Assembly (NCBI RefSeq): GCF_036321535.1
Contig: NC_087438.1
Span: forward strand, 6,450,001 to 6,514,000
Direction: 5' to 3'
DNA length: 64,000 nucleotides
From: Camelus dromedarius
Lineage: Eukaryota
The notes beneath the pieces were generated by a model, which was not told the DNA's origin, did no database searches, and worked only from the letters and a program-made list of their open reading frames with translations. Position 1 is the stretch's first letter, and every line of letters begins with the position of its first letter. The position numbers and the translations under genes were made by a program. Below are positions 1 to 14,295 of the stretch, in pieces.

Positions 1-123
1 CTGGTAATCACAGAAGAAAAATAAACAAGCAAGGCAAGTGACAGGTGCCCCTGAAAGGCGAAAACATGGGCTCTTTCAGTTAACCCCACTGTTGCTGACT
101 CTCTAGGTACCAGGAAGTCATTA

Positions 124-338
124 GAGTGGACCCTTGAAAGACGGGCTTTGAGGCACCGACCCTCACACAGTCAAAAATCCTCAAATAGCCTCACAGTCAA
201 CTCCCTGTATCCACGGTTCTGTATTCTCAGATTCAAACAACCACTGACCATGCAGTATTGCAGGACGTGTTTATTGAAAAAAAATCCACACCTGGTGAAC
301 GTGCACATTTCAAACCCATGTTGTCCAAGGGTCAACTG
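124..338. mobile_element. Tigger-derived MITE (MER8-like, TcMar)
   Basis: Terminal inverted repeats gagtggacccttgaa / tccaagggtcaactg, preceded by TA; interior resembles the recalled MER8 consensus. Confidence 0.8.
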
Positions 339-1499
339 CGTGTATTTGAACAGCCACATAAGCCAGGTGGACTCTCATACCTGCTTTACCTTTACGGGGG
401 ACTAAGAAACAGATAGTGGTGCAGATACCATTTAATTTCATTCTCATTTTCATGTCCTGTTCTGGGCTGTTTCATGTTCATTCTGGGCTGTTCCTCAGAG
501 CAGATTCGCAATGATCATAAAAGCACGATCCCAGATCCCAGGTCTCCAAGCTGCCATGACATTAAAGTCAACCACATCTAGACAAAGCCGAAGCTTTAGA
601 ACTGCGACAGAGCCAGCTGCTGTGCAGTTTAGAGACCTGAAGCTCACATGCTAGCACAGCAGGGAACCATGCTGATGGTGGAAAAGAAGATAAGGAATGT
701 TCTTTCAGCATTTTCTCTCTGACTCTTACTAGGCTCAGGCTGAGAGGGACAGGAAGGGACCCCTCTAGAAACTCTAATGATAATATGGCAAGAAGTTTTG
801 AAATCAGGTTGTAAAATGTTGCCTATTTTCTTTTCTATCATGACTCTATTTAAATTCATTAGCCTTTGAAGTTACTAAAAATAATACATATATGGCAGTC
901 AATTTGGAAAATTATAGTAAAGTATAAAAAGGTGAATGAGAGATGAGCACCGGTTAATTTACTTATTTCAGATACTAAATATAACTTAAATATAAAAATG
1001 AAAAGAACTTGAAAATCAAATCGAAGGAATACCTGAATTTCATATTTCTTCACCATACATGTAGACTCCTAAAACATTATTAAAAGGTACCATTAAATTA
1101 AAAAAAAAAAGTTTTAAACATGTAGAGGCTGAGGTCATTAAGGTAGTTTTTTTAATCACATGTTTCTTTATACAACATGTTTATGTTTCCAATTGGTAAA
1201 AGTCGGATTGGCTATTTAAGAAGACTCAAAATAAACGAATAAAAACCAATTCTTGATAATTACAAAGTTTAAGAAACCCTGTATAAAATATTTTGAAATG
1301 GAGTCAATTTTAAAAATCTTAAGCTTGCTTTTAGCCTGATTCCCAAAGAAATAGAGAAGCCAGAAGATGAGCATTTATCAAGAAAAATATTCCATTTATA
1401 AAAGACAAAGCAGTTGTTGGGGAAATTTTCAATTATTGAAAATGGATTGTGTCCCAAACTACAATAAATCCTAAGAAATTATACACAAATAAAGACTGC

Positions 1500-4400
1500 G
1501 GTCTTTACATTCCATCCGCATTTGTTGCTTTCACTTTCTTCTACTAAACATCATCCCAAATTTGTTTTATATTTGCAGTACATTCTTCTTGTATATTCAT
1601 TATTTACCTTTATTTTCCCATAGACTTTCTAATTGTATTTCTACATTTCCTGTTGATAAAAACAACCATCCTATAATTAACCACTTTCCAGTTGTTATCG
1701 TTGTGATTTAGAGAAAAAAAAATCTACTTTTTTCATTTTTATGAGACTCTTTAATTTCTCCTTGCATATTTTTAGATGAATCGTGTATCTGAGACATTAT
1801 ATATTTATTTCTATGAATTCTTTCTTGATGATGGATTTCTCTTTCCCATGGCAGCCTCTTCATGTTTTATGGGTACAATATCTTCTTCATATTATTTTTT
1901 TAACTGAAGTTAAACATGCACTTAATTTATAAAGACATCCATGAGGCTGAACACAGAAAGCTGAAGTAAGCGGTCTACGCTGGGGTCAACACACTGTTGT
2001 ACTCTTTCACTGGTCCATTTTGGCATTTATCTCCAAATCTCTAAATAATATGGTTTCACTGCTGTTTCTTGATGGTTTCAGTTAAAAATATCATTTACTG
2101 GGTCTTTCCCAACCTACCCCTCTCCTCCGTCCTCACATACACATTCTCCCAACTCCAATTTCTCATATTGATTGATTATAATTCTGCTTGGATACTCAAT
2201 GTTAAGATAGTTCTGACTATAACGAGGCTACTCACAGACGTGCCATGAAATAAGATATGCTTCTCAAAACAATACTGCTTTTTTCTGTTGGTGTTAATAA
2301 TGGTCTTATCTTAGTCTGTCCGGGCTGCTGTAACCAAATAGACTGGGTGGTTTACAAAGAACACACATTTATTTCTCACAGTTCTGGGAGCTGGGAAGCC
2401 CTACATCAAGGTGTTGGCATATTAGTGTCCAGTGAGGTCAAGATTCCTCGCTCACAATGGTGCTGCAGCCCCATGTGATAGAAGAGGAAAGGGGTCTCTC
2501 TGGGGTCTCCTTTATAAAGTTACTAATCCCATTCATGAGGGCTCTGCCCTTGTAACCTGTCAAACTCCCAAGACCTCACCTCCAAACACCATCATACTGG
2601 GGGTTAGGTTCCAACATCTGAAGTTTGGGGGAACACATTCAGTCTACAGCAGGTCTCTTGTTTCTCTTTCTATGTACTTATCACATCTGTCCCCCAGTGC
2701 CCAGCTTAAGTCTGCACTTCCTCCAAGTATATTCAAACACCTCAGGTCTTCCATTATTGTTATCTTCCTGGAAAGATATGTTCTGAAACTGCTTCATCTA
2801 CTTAACCTGCTCCTGAAGACTGCAGCACAACTATTCCACAACTACCTACTTTGCCCTCATCCTGGGCAATTTTTTCTCACTCTCTCTTGTGTTGGCATCT
2901 CTGTTTTGGAGTCTCTACCATATTAATCATATACTGTTCCCATACATTCCTTCATTTTCTGTCTCTCTAGTCTTTATTTCAACTTTCAGGGAGACTTTGT
3001 CAAATTTATTTTCTGACTTCCCATTGGCAATGTCATTTTTATAGTCATATTTTAAAAATAATCTACAAAGGCCCTTTTAAATAAACAGAATCACTTATTT
3101 TTCCTTGTTTCATGGATGCAATGGCTTCTCTAATTTCAAAAGACATTAATGATAACTACTTCTCTCTACTTCCTCCCAGTTTCTTGTTCAGTTTGTTTCA
3201 CTAATGATTCTCATAATTGGAACTGTAAAGAAAACTAGAGCTGGGTACATGAATTGCTTTGTAGACTAGTAGTTATCAATGCCTGTTGCTCTATGCAACG
3301 TGATTTTTTTTTTTTTGTCGTGAAGTGACTACGAATGTCAATAACTTTAAAATTCTAGTTAACAAAAGTGTATCCTCAAAGTCCATATAAAATATGTGAA
3401 GAGCACTTCACATTCAGTGGAGAGCTGTTGGGATCTCACTCAACAGACTTATACTTAATTTCTGTGTTTTTTAAAAATCAGAGTTAAACTGTTTCTGGAT
3501 GCCCTAGTCCAAATGCACCTCCAAGTTTTTCATTTTCCAAATTAAACCTCTGTTTTCTTTCAGTATGACACAGGAGTAGCTGTGTCACTGCACACAGTGA
3601 GGGATATCTGGGCATCTAGCTGCTTCTTCCATTACTTTCTGGTTTCCCCATAGCTTCTGTTGAAAAATCAGCTGTAATTCTTATTTCTGCTCCATTGAAG
3701 AGTATGTGTCTTTTTCCTCCCCTCTCTGGTTTACTTTAAAGCTATTTCTCTTTGTCATTGGTTTTCATCAGTTTGGCTATCATGGGTCTAAATGTGGTTT
3801 TATACTATCTATCATATTTGGGGTTTACTGAATTTCTTAATCTGATGAATTTGTTTAATCATTTCTTAAAAAGTCTTAGAAATAATTACTATAAATACAG
3901 CTACTGCTTTGTTCTCTCTCTTCTCCTTTTGAGACTCAAATTATATGTGAGACAGAGTTTTGAATGTGTCATTTTTGTCTCTCACTTTTAAGTATTTTCC
4001 CCCCAGTGCCTCTCTGTACCTCAGTTTAGATATTTTCTGCCAATTTGTTTTCAAGTCTACCAATTCAATATTTGATTATATATAATATGCTAAGATCATT
4101 AATTTAATCCTATATTTCAGATATTATTTGCCTCTTTAAAATTTTAGAATGTCCATTCAATATCTTTTTATAGCTTCTAATTTACAGGTGAAATTCCCCA
4201 TTCTTCAACCAATTATGTCCAAATTTTCCTCTACATTTTTGGATATACTGATTATAATTATTTGACATCATTTTCTGATAACTATGCTAACCTGATCATC
4301 TATGAGTTTAATTACATTGCCTGTTTTTTGATAATTTATCCATCATGAGATCTTGTGTTTTCACACATCTAGAATATTTTACTGTATGCTGGTAACTGTG

Positions 4401-5050
4401 GATAGAAGAACTGTGGAGAGTGCAGAGCATGCTACTTCCACCCAGGAGTCTCCCTTCAGAAAGAGGTGCTTTGTTCTTCCATTGAGCAGATTTGAGGCGT
4501 GGGTGGGAAGGGTGAAGGCAGGGCTTGATTATCTCAATCCATTCAGGGACCAAGATGTCAGGACTGAGGTGCAGCCTGGAGAGATTAAATGTATTTTGGA
4601 TTTATCCTTGTTTCTTGGGCAGGTGTTCCAGGGTCCATCAGGAAACGGATGGCTATTTAGCAACTTGGTCCCTTCATATTGTGGGAGATTCATTCTTTGT
4701 TTCAGCTCAGATCTTTAGCCACAAGACTTATGCATCATCAAATTTTGGCAATCATCTTCAAAGGAAAAATTAGCCATGTGGCTGAAGCCCATTAAATCTT
4801 CAACTTATGACTACACCTGCGTGTGACTGCCAGAATATCTGCTGGGTTCTCTCTTTCTGAGCAGCAGCCATTCAGCTCAAGGCTCAACCTCTAGTTAAAG
4901 TTGAATTAGTTTTGTCTTCTTTCCCATTTTACTTATTCCTATGGGATTGCAACATTTAAAAATATGTCTTATATACTCAAAATGATGTGCTGGGAGAGAA
5001 CTGAGATCATCCTGAGTGTTCAGTCTTCCATTTCTCACTGAGTAAGTGCA
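1500..5050 (-). mobile_element. Ancient, highly decayed LINE-1/HAL1-like fragments (interrupted by a MaLR LTR)
   Basis: T-rich plus strand with L1-antisense motifs such as gttgaaaaatcagctgtaattctta and ctttgtcattggttttcatcagttt; boundaries approximate. Confidence 0.6.
2307..2651 (-). mobile_element. MaLR solo LTR (MLT1A-like)
   Basis: tatcttagtc...atttatttctcacagttctgggagctgggaag...aatcccattcatgagggctctgccct...ctacagca, with a perfect 5-bp TSD ggtct at 2302-2306 and 2652-2656. Confidence 0.9.
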
Positions 5051-6639
5051 GTAATTTCTTGAACCTCATTGAATGTAATACTTGATATTTCTTCAATGTC
5101 CTATCATAATTCTTGGGCTATTACTGATCCACCTGAAGTAATCAGTCTTGATTTTATCTCGGCTTTTACCATCACGCTTTGGATTGCAGTTTTCTGTTAT
5201 TGTATCTTTCTAAATTTCCAAAAGTCTATTTTTCAAACAAGCTTTAAATTTGGGGTATATACATATACACACATACATATACATACATATGATTCCATTT
5301 CTAGCATTCATATAATCTTTCCTTTTATATACCTTTATTGTCATGTAAATGCTATGTTTTGATGGATGGAAGGTCAGTATGCAGGTTCTCTCCTCTTTCT
5401 TAAACCAGAAACTGATGGCTAACCCTTAAGACTACTGTTGATTTCAGTACTCTTTTATTCAAATGATAATTGAAATTTTTCAGCAGAAGACTTTACAAGG
5501 TCTTTGTACTGCAAATATTAACACAGTTCCATGTATAGTCATATCCATTTTCTTATTAAATAGACTACTTCTAATAGGGAACTCCTATGTGGTCAATTTG
5601 ACTCTATGTCCCCAAGAAAATATGTAAACAATAACTGAGTGCCCTCAAAACTTGAAAACAGAGTGAACTTCAAGAGCTAAATTGTGCAGTCAGTCTACAT
5701 AAGACCATAAGAGACATCACATCCTATCATTTGAAAGATGCTGAGTAGTCCCCAGATTAGTAAGAAATGATGCAAACAGATTAAATATTGTGACTTAATG
5801 AAGAAATAACACATAAACCCTAAAAGATTAGCTACTCAGGAAGAATAGCAGAAGGAGAGTTTGATGGGCATATAGTTACTCTATCTAATAAATTCAGGAT
5901 GACAAATGGCTCACATGTTAAAGAGCCACCAAATCAAGAGTTTCAGTTCATTCACTCCAGAGCGTGGTAGGCCAATGCGATTCACATTTTTTAATTTATA
6001 TTTCTCCCTTGATATTCATTTTTCCTTGGCCCCTACGTAATTGGGAGACTTGGGCTTCCAGAATGCATAATCCCTCACCCAAACAAGAAATTCATTACTT
6101 AAATTTGAAACAAAGGGTTTTCCTAGTACATTGGCTTATCTGTTTGTGTCAGCATTTCGGGAGAGGCACACGAATAAGGAAAAAGAAAGCAGACCAAAGA
6201 ATTTTGAGCATGCTCATCATTCAACAGTTATGTCAGGTACTGGGGCCACTTCTGAAATAGAAGTAGAAATACATTTTAGATAAATGAAATGGACCTCTCC
6301 ATTTGTCTGCAGCCTGTGATTGTCAGACAGTGTTTGCTATCGACTTACAGAAATTTCCTGACTTCATTTCATGAAACTAAACGATACCCATGACTAAGAA
6401 AAATATTCATGCATCTTCAATTTAGTGTTTGAGGCTGCAAGTGAAGCATAAATTCAGAAATGGACAGGGAAGTTTATTCAAAAGCAAAGCAGGTACAACA
6501 CAATAGAATGCATTCAATAATCAAGTATGTATTATATTTTTTTCAAAGATATAAAAACATCTTGTTTCCTTGGTGGTAGGGACCAGTGTCTGTGCAGTCA
6601 GAGTCTAGAGCATCAGGACAAGCCCAAGTACGATACCTA

Positions 6640-7095
6640 AAAACACCGAGTGACACATTCTATAGTGCGCCTTGTACCCTGCCCAACTCCCCTTAACAAC
6701 ACGGTGAACTTTCCTCTGGCTGCAGTCGGTGTTGGCTGATACTGACCCAGGCTGCCCCCTTCTCTGGAGAACTGCTCTTGGCCAATGAGAGCCACTCTGC
6801 CAGGATATTCACCACATCCCACCAAACTTAAAAACTTGCTGCTGATGACTGAAGGAACAAGGGAGGAACTGGATATAAATCATCACCGCTTGCTACAAAA
6901 GGGATCAACTGAAATTCTGTTCATGCTGCAGAGCCCCCCTGGGATCAGGCTGATGCTGAACTCCAGGTGAGAGCAGATGCTTGTCTGGTGCCTTTCTGCC
7001 CTATGCCTCAGCCCTGACCTGCTGAGAACTTACCCTCAATAAAGTACAAGCTTATGAATCCCTAGGTCAGCCTTCCAGGGAGCCCGACTTAAACT
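6640..7095 (+). mobile_element. Old ERVL-type solo LTR (LTR16-like)
   Basis: 3' end ccctcaataaa...cagccttccagggagcccgacttaaa is typical of LTR16/33-class LTRs; 5' boundary approximate. Confidence 0.55.
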
Positions 7096-7189
7096 CCAGT
7101 TACAAATTATAATTATAAATTCACAGTTATATTCACTGTAAGCCAGTTGTCAACCCTAAGTGGTACCTCAGTCAGTGCTAATGAGTGCA

Positions 7190-7445
7190 ACGAAGTAGCA
7201 CATTAGTGATTAAGAGACTGTCCTCTGGGGTCCAGCACGCCCAGGTCCAAATCCCAGCTCTGCACATACCAGTTAGGTGATCTTGGCTAAATGACATAAA
7301 CTCTCCAAGCTTCAATGCCTCCGCTGTAAAATACTGAAAATAACACCTACACCTTGGTGCTACTGAGAAAACAAGAACACGATGATGTATGTGAAGGATT
7401 GAGAACAGAGTAAGGGCACAGAACGCTGTCTGCCATCACTGCTGT
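7190..7445 (+). mobile_element. MIR SINE
   Basis: MIR core ccaaatcccagctctgcacataccagttaggtgatcttggctaaatgacataaactctccaagcttcaat...ctgtaaaat. Confidence 0.75.
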
Positions 7446-8714
7446 TGTTGTCAGCATTATCTTATGACAAACGAGGTCATTAAAGTTACATCAAATGAGC
7501 TCGATGCCCAGTTTCCAATTATGGGGAAAGTTCTCCTTAAAGAAGGAGGAATCCAGGAGTCATGTAAGCAGTGACAGGAGGAAGAGTAAACAGAAGGACG
7601 GCGCACATTAAGATTTTAATGCTGAGGGACTGCGGGGATAATCCTGTCTGCTCTTCTTCCGGACTCTCCTCTCCAAACGCACCACGAAGAAAATTGAGGT
7701 CCAAAGAGGTTAAGTGGTTTGTTCAAAGTATCTCTGCTTTGTTATTTACAGAAATAATAGAAGCGTGAATAAATCCGTTTGTGTAGTAGAAAATGAGAAT
7801 TACTGGGATGGCGGGCGGGGGGGTGGGGGTGCAGGCAGACAACAGGAACAGTTAAGCGCATCCTTAAGTGCCAATCTTGTTTCTCCAGCACCGTCTGGGA
7901 GAATGCCTACCATGCTAATGCTAATGCCTACTGATGTCTGAATGCCCAAGTTCTCTGCCTCTTGCAGGGTATGCAGACTAACCTTATTTCCCAGCCTCCC
8001 TGCAGGCGGTTGAGACCATGTGACCTAGAGATGGCCCTTGGAATCGGGGCAGAAGGGAGGTGCACCACTTCGTGGCATGGCCCCTGCAGTCTCCTCTGCA
8101 TGATGCTCCACTCTCTCCATGCTGCCCCGGGGGGCACGGGTTGAGGATGGAGGCACACAGACAGAATGCCTCAGGCTCCAAGATGGCACCACAGAACAGA
8201 GACCCCTGCAGCCGCCGTGCTGGACAGCGGCCATGTACAGAAGAAATAAGGCTTCTGCGTGTGTGTTTAGCTGCCTGAGACTGAAGGGCTGTTGTTAACA
8301 GCATTAATTCAACTCTACTAATATTCTCTAAAACTAGTAAAATCTTAGTCCTCATCTATATAAAATATACATCAGCAACTATAAATCCTCCAGGAAGTTA
8401 TGAGAAAAGGAAAGTAAATGTGTTTATTCTGAATAAATAGGTAGATATAGTAGCTCTTAACAGGAAATTTTCATCAAGGGAGCAGAAGTAAGAGCCAAGA
8501 ATCTGGAGATGAACAGTTACACTGTTGGCTCCCAGCCTACGGGTCACAGTCCAGTGAGGCCATGAAATGATTGCACAGGGAGTCAAGCACACCAAGCAAG
8601 CACTGTCTGAAAAAAGCAAAAACCAAAACAAAGAATTACACTGCACCGTACTGTGCTCACCCATCCAACCCAGGAAACAATGGGTAAGAACTCGGAATGT
8701 AATAGGTACCGTAA

Positions 8715-8940
8715 CAGGGGACAAGCTTTTTCTTAAAGGGTCAGATAGTAAATACTTTAGGCTTTGTAACCCAGACAGTCTCTGTTACAACTGGTCAACC
8801 CAGTGGATGTGGCAGCCATAGGCAATATCCAAAGAGATGGATGTGTCCATGTGCCAATAAGATTTATTTCTGTGACCATGGGCTGGCCATATGCAAATAT
8901 GTGGGCATGGCTGTGTTCCAATAAAACTGTAACTATGATC
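8715..8940. mobile_element. hAT-Charlie MITE (MER58-like)
   Basis: aaagggtcagatagtaaatactttaggcttt...ggctgtgttccaataaaact. Confidence 0.75.
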
Positions 8941-9562
8941 GACAAGTCTTAGTTTTCTAAGCCTGAAAGGTTTTAATAAAGATCTCTAAGCTCTTCAATC
9001 TCTAAGATCCCTGCCACTCCTACACTATGATTTCAAGAACATATTTAATAAAGGAAGGCAAAAAAGAAATAAAGTTTAGAATCATGATTTTTGAGAACTA
9101 CACGGGAGACAATCTCTCCTTGTCCAATATAAATATAAAACAAGATTTTAAAAATTAATCAATGTGAATATCTCATTTGAATAGTTGTTCTACATTATTA
9201 ATTAATATATCATTCTTTAAATTATACAGAAGGATTCCCACAGAGGGTAGTGATATCAAATTGTTATGACCCATTAGAGAGGGTACTGGTATTATAAATT
9301 GACTCCATTTATTTTTAAATCTAATTTCATATTAATAAAAAGAAGCAATTTAAACTCAAGAATCCCAGGAGCTTCTTTAGAGATGGCCACTGAGGGTTCA
9401 TGTGTTTGGTTAAATGTATGAAAACGTCTAAAGAGGAAGATTTCCCAAGCACATCAAAGATCTTCCAGATTCAACTCAGTGATGTTAACATTACAGACTC
9501 AAAAAGTGGCTTCTTCAAAACACGTGGAAGCTGAGGCAGTGACCATCTAATTGGTGCAGATA

Positions 9563-9738
9563 CCATTCAGAGCCAGGGAATTCTTTGTCGAGCAGGGAGG
9601 GGCCGTCCTGTGCCTTGCAGAAGGTTGAGCAGTGTCCCTGGTCTCTACCCACGAGATGTCAGTAGCAGTTTTCCCCTCCAGTGGTGACAACCAGATGTTC
9701 CCAGCAGGTAAGACAGCCTCTAGCTGAGAAACACTGGT
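9563..9738. mobile_element. hAT-Charlie MER20-like element
   Basis: gtcctgtgccttgcagaaggttgagcagtgtccctggtctctacccacgagatgtcagtagca...gtgacaacca...gagaaacactg. Confidence 0.8.
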
Positions 9739-12069
9739 CCAGAAATTGACTGGAGTTGAAACTCAATTCCCCAAACCCAAATATACAAGAAACAAAGTTA
9801 ACATTTACCTTAACCTTCGAGAGAATTCTCTACCAATATTGACCAGGTTTTCGGAGACTGAACAGTTTTCAATTTAGAAACCATAGAGAGGCAGGTGGCA
9901 AATTGGAACATAGCTTTCAATTTTTATGCTTATTCCAGCAGTTGTGAGTGAGAAACAGGCTGTGAATTCCTTTCCCTCAGTAACAAAGCAATACAAAAAT
10001 GGATTTTGTGCTGTTTGCCAAAAGAATGTTAGGCAGACATGGAGGGTAATTGAGCCGCTGTCTCTGTGTTCTTAGAACGGTGCTCAACGCACATCTACCT
10101 GGGGCCAACCCACGCACAATCCCAGATGGGCAAATGTGGCCGATTTGTCTTGAAGCCGCTGCATTTTTATATTTTCCAAAAAGCTTTGTCCTTACGAAAT
10201 AACTGCTGTGATCAAGGCAGGAAGAAAAGTGAGGCTGAAGAGTCGAATTTGTTATTATGACAAGAAGTAGTAGACACGCCTAACGGTAAAACCCCACGTC
10301 CTCTGTCACTGAGGCTGAAAATGACTGGTTTTCAAGATGTAACGGCTAAATTCCAGCACCTGGTGAGCCGCGATGAAACTGATCACAGCCTCCGAGTGGG
10401 AAGACGCCTTACAGGTGATGTCATGTTAATACTCAATTCTCCAGTCAGGTTTTGTTTCCCTAAATTAAAAGCAATTTTTGGTCTTTCACTGTCATGCGCT
10501 AAGGTATGAGCATTTGGAAAACCATCACAGATATTCCAAATAGAGCCATTTTACCTCGAGGCCTATTTATATGTGAATGTTCCTGCGGTGATGCTAAGAG
10601 ACTTAACCTCAAACAGACAACGTTCCCTCAGGATAACAGTCATCGTGGGCCCCAGCCTCGTCCTTGTTCATATCTTTACTGCTTTAGTGATGTCTCAAAT
10701 TTATCAGGGAGAAAAAGGGGGGAAGAACTCTGAATCGGGATTCTGTTGATTCCACTTCCAGACTGTGGTCAAGATCAGGCTAATCAGGCAATCTGAGCTT
10801 GAGGTTAGTTTTCTCATCCTAAAGCCACTTCATGAAGGTTCATTTTTCTCATTAGTGGATTTCTGGACGGTTCCACAGAGCCCAACACCCAAACTTCCCC
10901 CTTCTCCTCTCACTAAACAACACACACTGGGATCGCCAAGCCACCGTGTGGGGACCACCTCGGGGTGAGGAGGAGGAAACGGAGAGTTGCACTAAGGGGT
11001 ATCCTGCTATGGCTGGAACTGTGCTGGCTTCTCTGCATAAACCAGCACGTTGAATGCGGGGGCAAACAGGTGACTGGTACTGGTCCTGGCAAGAAAGAAA
11101 TGGGCCAGGTCCGGAATCACCTTTAATGTCCTAGAATCTTCCTATGGAATGAGAGTATGCACACGTTTCCAGATGCCTCTTTCAACAAGCATCCCTCATT
11201 GCTCTAGTCTCTGGGTTGCAAGACTTTCCTTCTCTTGAATTTAGGAACAAAATATGACGTTTACCCACAGCCTGCTAAAGGTAAGTTTTAGAAAGTTGCA
11301 GAGAAAGCATATTATTCAATATTAAGGGGTTAAAGCTTCCACAGACATTTGTCTGGAGTCTACCACCTGCCAGGTAACCTGATCTAATGAGCAACTCTAA
11401 TCTAATACTGAGGAGACCAGGAAATAAAACGCCCCTCACAGCACAGACTGAACTTCAATCTGAGACAATAGATGCTCATCAGAAATAAAGGCTGAGGCTA
11501 TGAATGCATTGGCGGGCCACCAGCCCAAACAGATTCAGGGTGGGTTACAAGAAGGTGACAGTTACAGCGAGACCTGAGGATTGGCAGTCTTCTAGACGGA
11601 GAAGACGGGGTAAAAGTGTTCACGAGAGAGAGGACAGGAATAGATGCTGAAGTTGAGGATTAGCCTCTCATCTGGGAAGCTATGCGCAGCTGGGCATTAC
11701 GGACACCGGGAAGGGCCCCAAGGTGATGGGGAGGAACACAGACAACTCAAGCCACCCCCGGGAGGTGGACCTGCATCAGGCACAGAGGGCTGAGAGCAAA
11801 CGAAGCCTTGGCTGGGGTGAAGGAGGAGCTGTCCCTGATTCTCAGTCTGATTCTCTCCTTTTGCAACGTGCTTATCCTCCCTGGTCTCAGTTTCCTCACA
11901 TTCCCATGTTTAAATAATAATTTTCTATCTCTGAAGAAAGAGAAAAGGAGAAAATTATTAGCCTAATGCATCCAAGTTAATCCCTATGGTCCCTGGAGAA
12001 AATAATGCTTCTGCAACATAACTGAAGGCAGACACATCTTAAATGCTCCCTCTCCTCCTGGTCTGTAAG

Positions 12070-12366
12070 TGCACCGTCCAGCTGGGCAGCGGCAGCCCCA
12101 CTGAGCCCTCAGATGCACACGTGCTCTGTGAGTGGAGGACACACCGCAGTCTAAAGACTTAATACAATTAAAAAATGGATGGAACGTTTCTTAGTGAGTT
12201 TTTGCGATGGTTGCATGTTAAAATGATGCCTTCTTGCCTATAATGAGTTAAGTAAAATATATTATTAAAAATAATTTCTCTTGTTTCTTTGTGCTTGTTT
12301 CCATGGGACCACCAGATCATCTTCAACTACCCACGTGGCTCACAGGGCATTTTTACTGGACAGTGC
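12070..12366. mobile_element. hAT-Charlie MER33-like element
   Basis: gagttaagtaaaatatattattaaaaataatttctcttgtttct...gtggctcac...actggacagtgc; opposite orientation to the copy at ~41.7 kb. Confidence 0.65.
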
Positions 12367-12877
12367 CAATTACAACGCTGGTTACCCTTTCTTTATCAGT
12401 GTGCCTAGTCTTCTTTGGTACCCTTGGAAGAGTCACTTAAATTAAAATAAAACATTCATAGAAATCAAAAGGACAACTTTACTGGAGACATGTAAGAAAA
12501 AACAGTCTGTCCTGAGAAATTCCCAGCTTTCTCTCTCTCCACGCTGAGTGATCAGTAGGCTCCTGCGCCCTGTACACAACCAAGAAATGTGGGAGGAGTA
12601 GTGCTGTGTGTACCGAGGGCACCAGCATGTCTGACATCTGCTGTTAGGGCTGGTTGTCTCCCTGCTCGGCCCCACGCCAGCCCACTGTTCTCCCTCTTAA
12701 CAGGCAGTGATGGGATTCCATACCTCAGCAAGAACACTTCAATTCCGTCAATAACCTCAATCTGATTTCCACTAAAAGGTTGTCATGAGAATGAGAAGCA
12801 ACAATGGGAAAACTACAGTGAGTTTCCTTGCCCCTAAAATAACATCATACACACAATAACACAAATGCATCTCCCGA

Positions 12878-13048
12878 TTTTTTATGTCTACTTATCTTGA
12901 AATAAAATCAAGAGAAGTTGCAAGGAAAGTGCAATGGACTCTCTTAAACATTTCACCTAGATTCCTAGACTATTTCCCATTAACATTTTTATCACATTTG
13001 CTTTATAATTCTTTCTCTTTGTGTGTATGCATGTGTGTATGCATGTAG

Positions 13049-13093
<45 letters not shown>

Positions 13094-14295
13094 AATACAT
13101 ACACATATAGTAGTTTTAAAAATCATTTCAGAATAAGTTTCAGAAACAATACCCTTCACTCCTATTATCTCAGAAGGTTTATCGGAAGAACAATGACATT
13201 CTCCTTCATAAGCACATTACATTTATCAAAATCAGGACATTAATATTAACACATTTCTTCTACCTTCTCTACAGATATCAAAATTCTGCCAGTTGTCCTT
13301 TGTAACACGAAAAAAAGTTTTCTGTTCTAAGATGCAATTTGGATCGAGTGTTTCATGTAATCAACTAGTCTGTTTTTCTCCTTTATGATGGGACAGGTCT
13401 TCTTTCTTTTTACACCTTTCATGACTCAGTAATTTTTGGAGACTAGAGGTCGGTGTTTTGTAGGATGTCCCTCAGTTTGGGTTTGTGTGATGGTTCCTCA
13501 TGATGAAGTTGGTTATAATTTTTTGGCTGTAATATGATGAAAATCTTGCTGCAGCCTTGTCAGTGCATCTGATCAGGAAGTTTATACCAGCTCTTTGCCC
13601 CATTACTAATGAAACTACTTTTAACTAGTCAGTTAGCATAGTTCTGGCCAAGTTTCTTCATCATCAAGTCACAAGTTTTCCTGTTGTAATTAATATGTAT
13701 CTTATAGGTAAATACTTTGAGACTCTATATAAATACCTTCATCATCATCAAACTCTCACCCAGAAATTTAGCATCGATTTTTTTTTTTTGCCTGGATCAG
13801 TTTTCAGTATGATGGTTGCCAAACTAGAATTTTCAAATTAAATCATCCTTCAATATTTATCAGTTGGCATTTTAGAGTAAAGGAGACTAGTCCCTTTTGT
13901 CTCACTTGTTTATTCATTCATTTACTTTTAAGTCAGTATATACTCATGGATTTTGAGTTTACTCAGTGTGTTATAATCCGACACTATCATTATTATTTTA
14001 AAAATCGAAGTGTCCCAGATTTCTTCAGTGAGCTCACTTCAAGCTGGCTTTTGTCCTTCCGACCTGCTCTTATTATTCTTGGAATAGTTCCTCAGTTTCT
14101 GAAAAAAACAAATCTTCCAAGCTTATCTGGGACTTTTGCTACGCAGGTGCTGGAATCAGCTACTTCTCCAAGAAGGCTTGGTCCCTTTTAGTGGCGATTT
14201 AAATTTAGAAACCAAGTACTTGGTTTTAAGTGTGCTCATGGCCATTGGAATGACAATGCTTCTAGACCCTCTCAGCCAAGAGAGCTAGGAAACCA
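12878..14295 (-). mobile_element. LINE-1 3' region (L1MC-like) with internal (TG)n/(TA)n
   Basis: gagaagttgcaag...ttcacctagattcc, tgtaggatgtccctcagtttgggtttg, ctggaatcagctacttctccaagaag, tttagaaaccaag...gagagctagga. Confidence 0.75.

Noticed and set aside
1890..2030. Possible short processed-transcript fragment (T-run then unique sequence) inside old LINE
   Set aside because: No direct TSD, no canonical AATAAA and no recognisable parent gene; a BLAST search would be needed.
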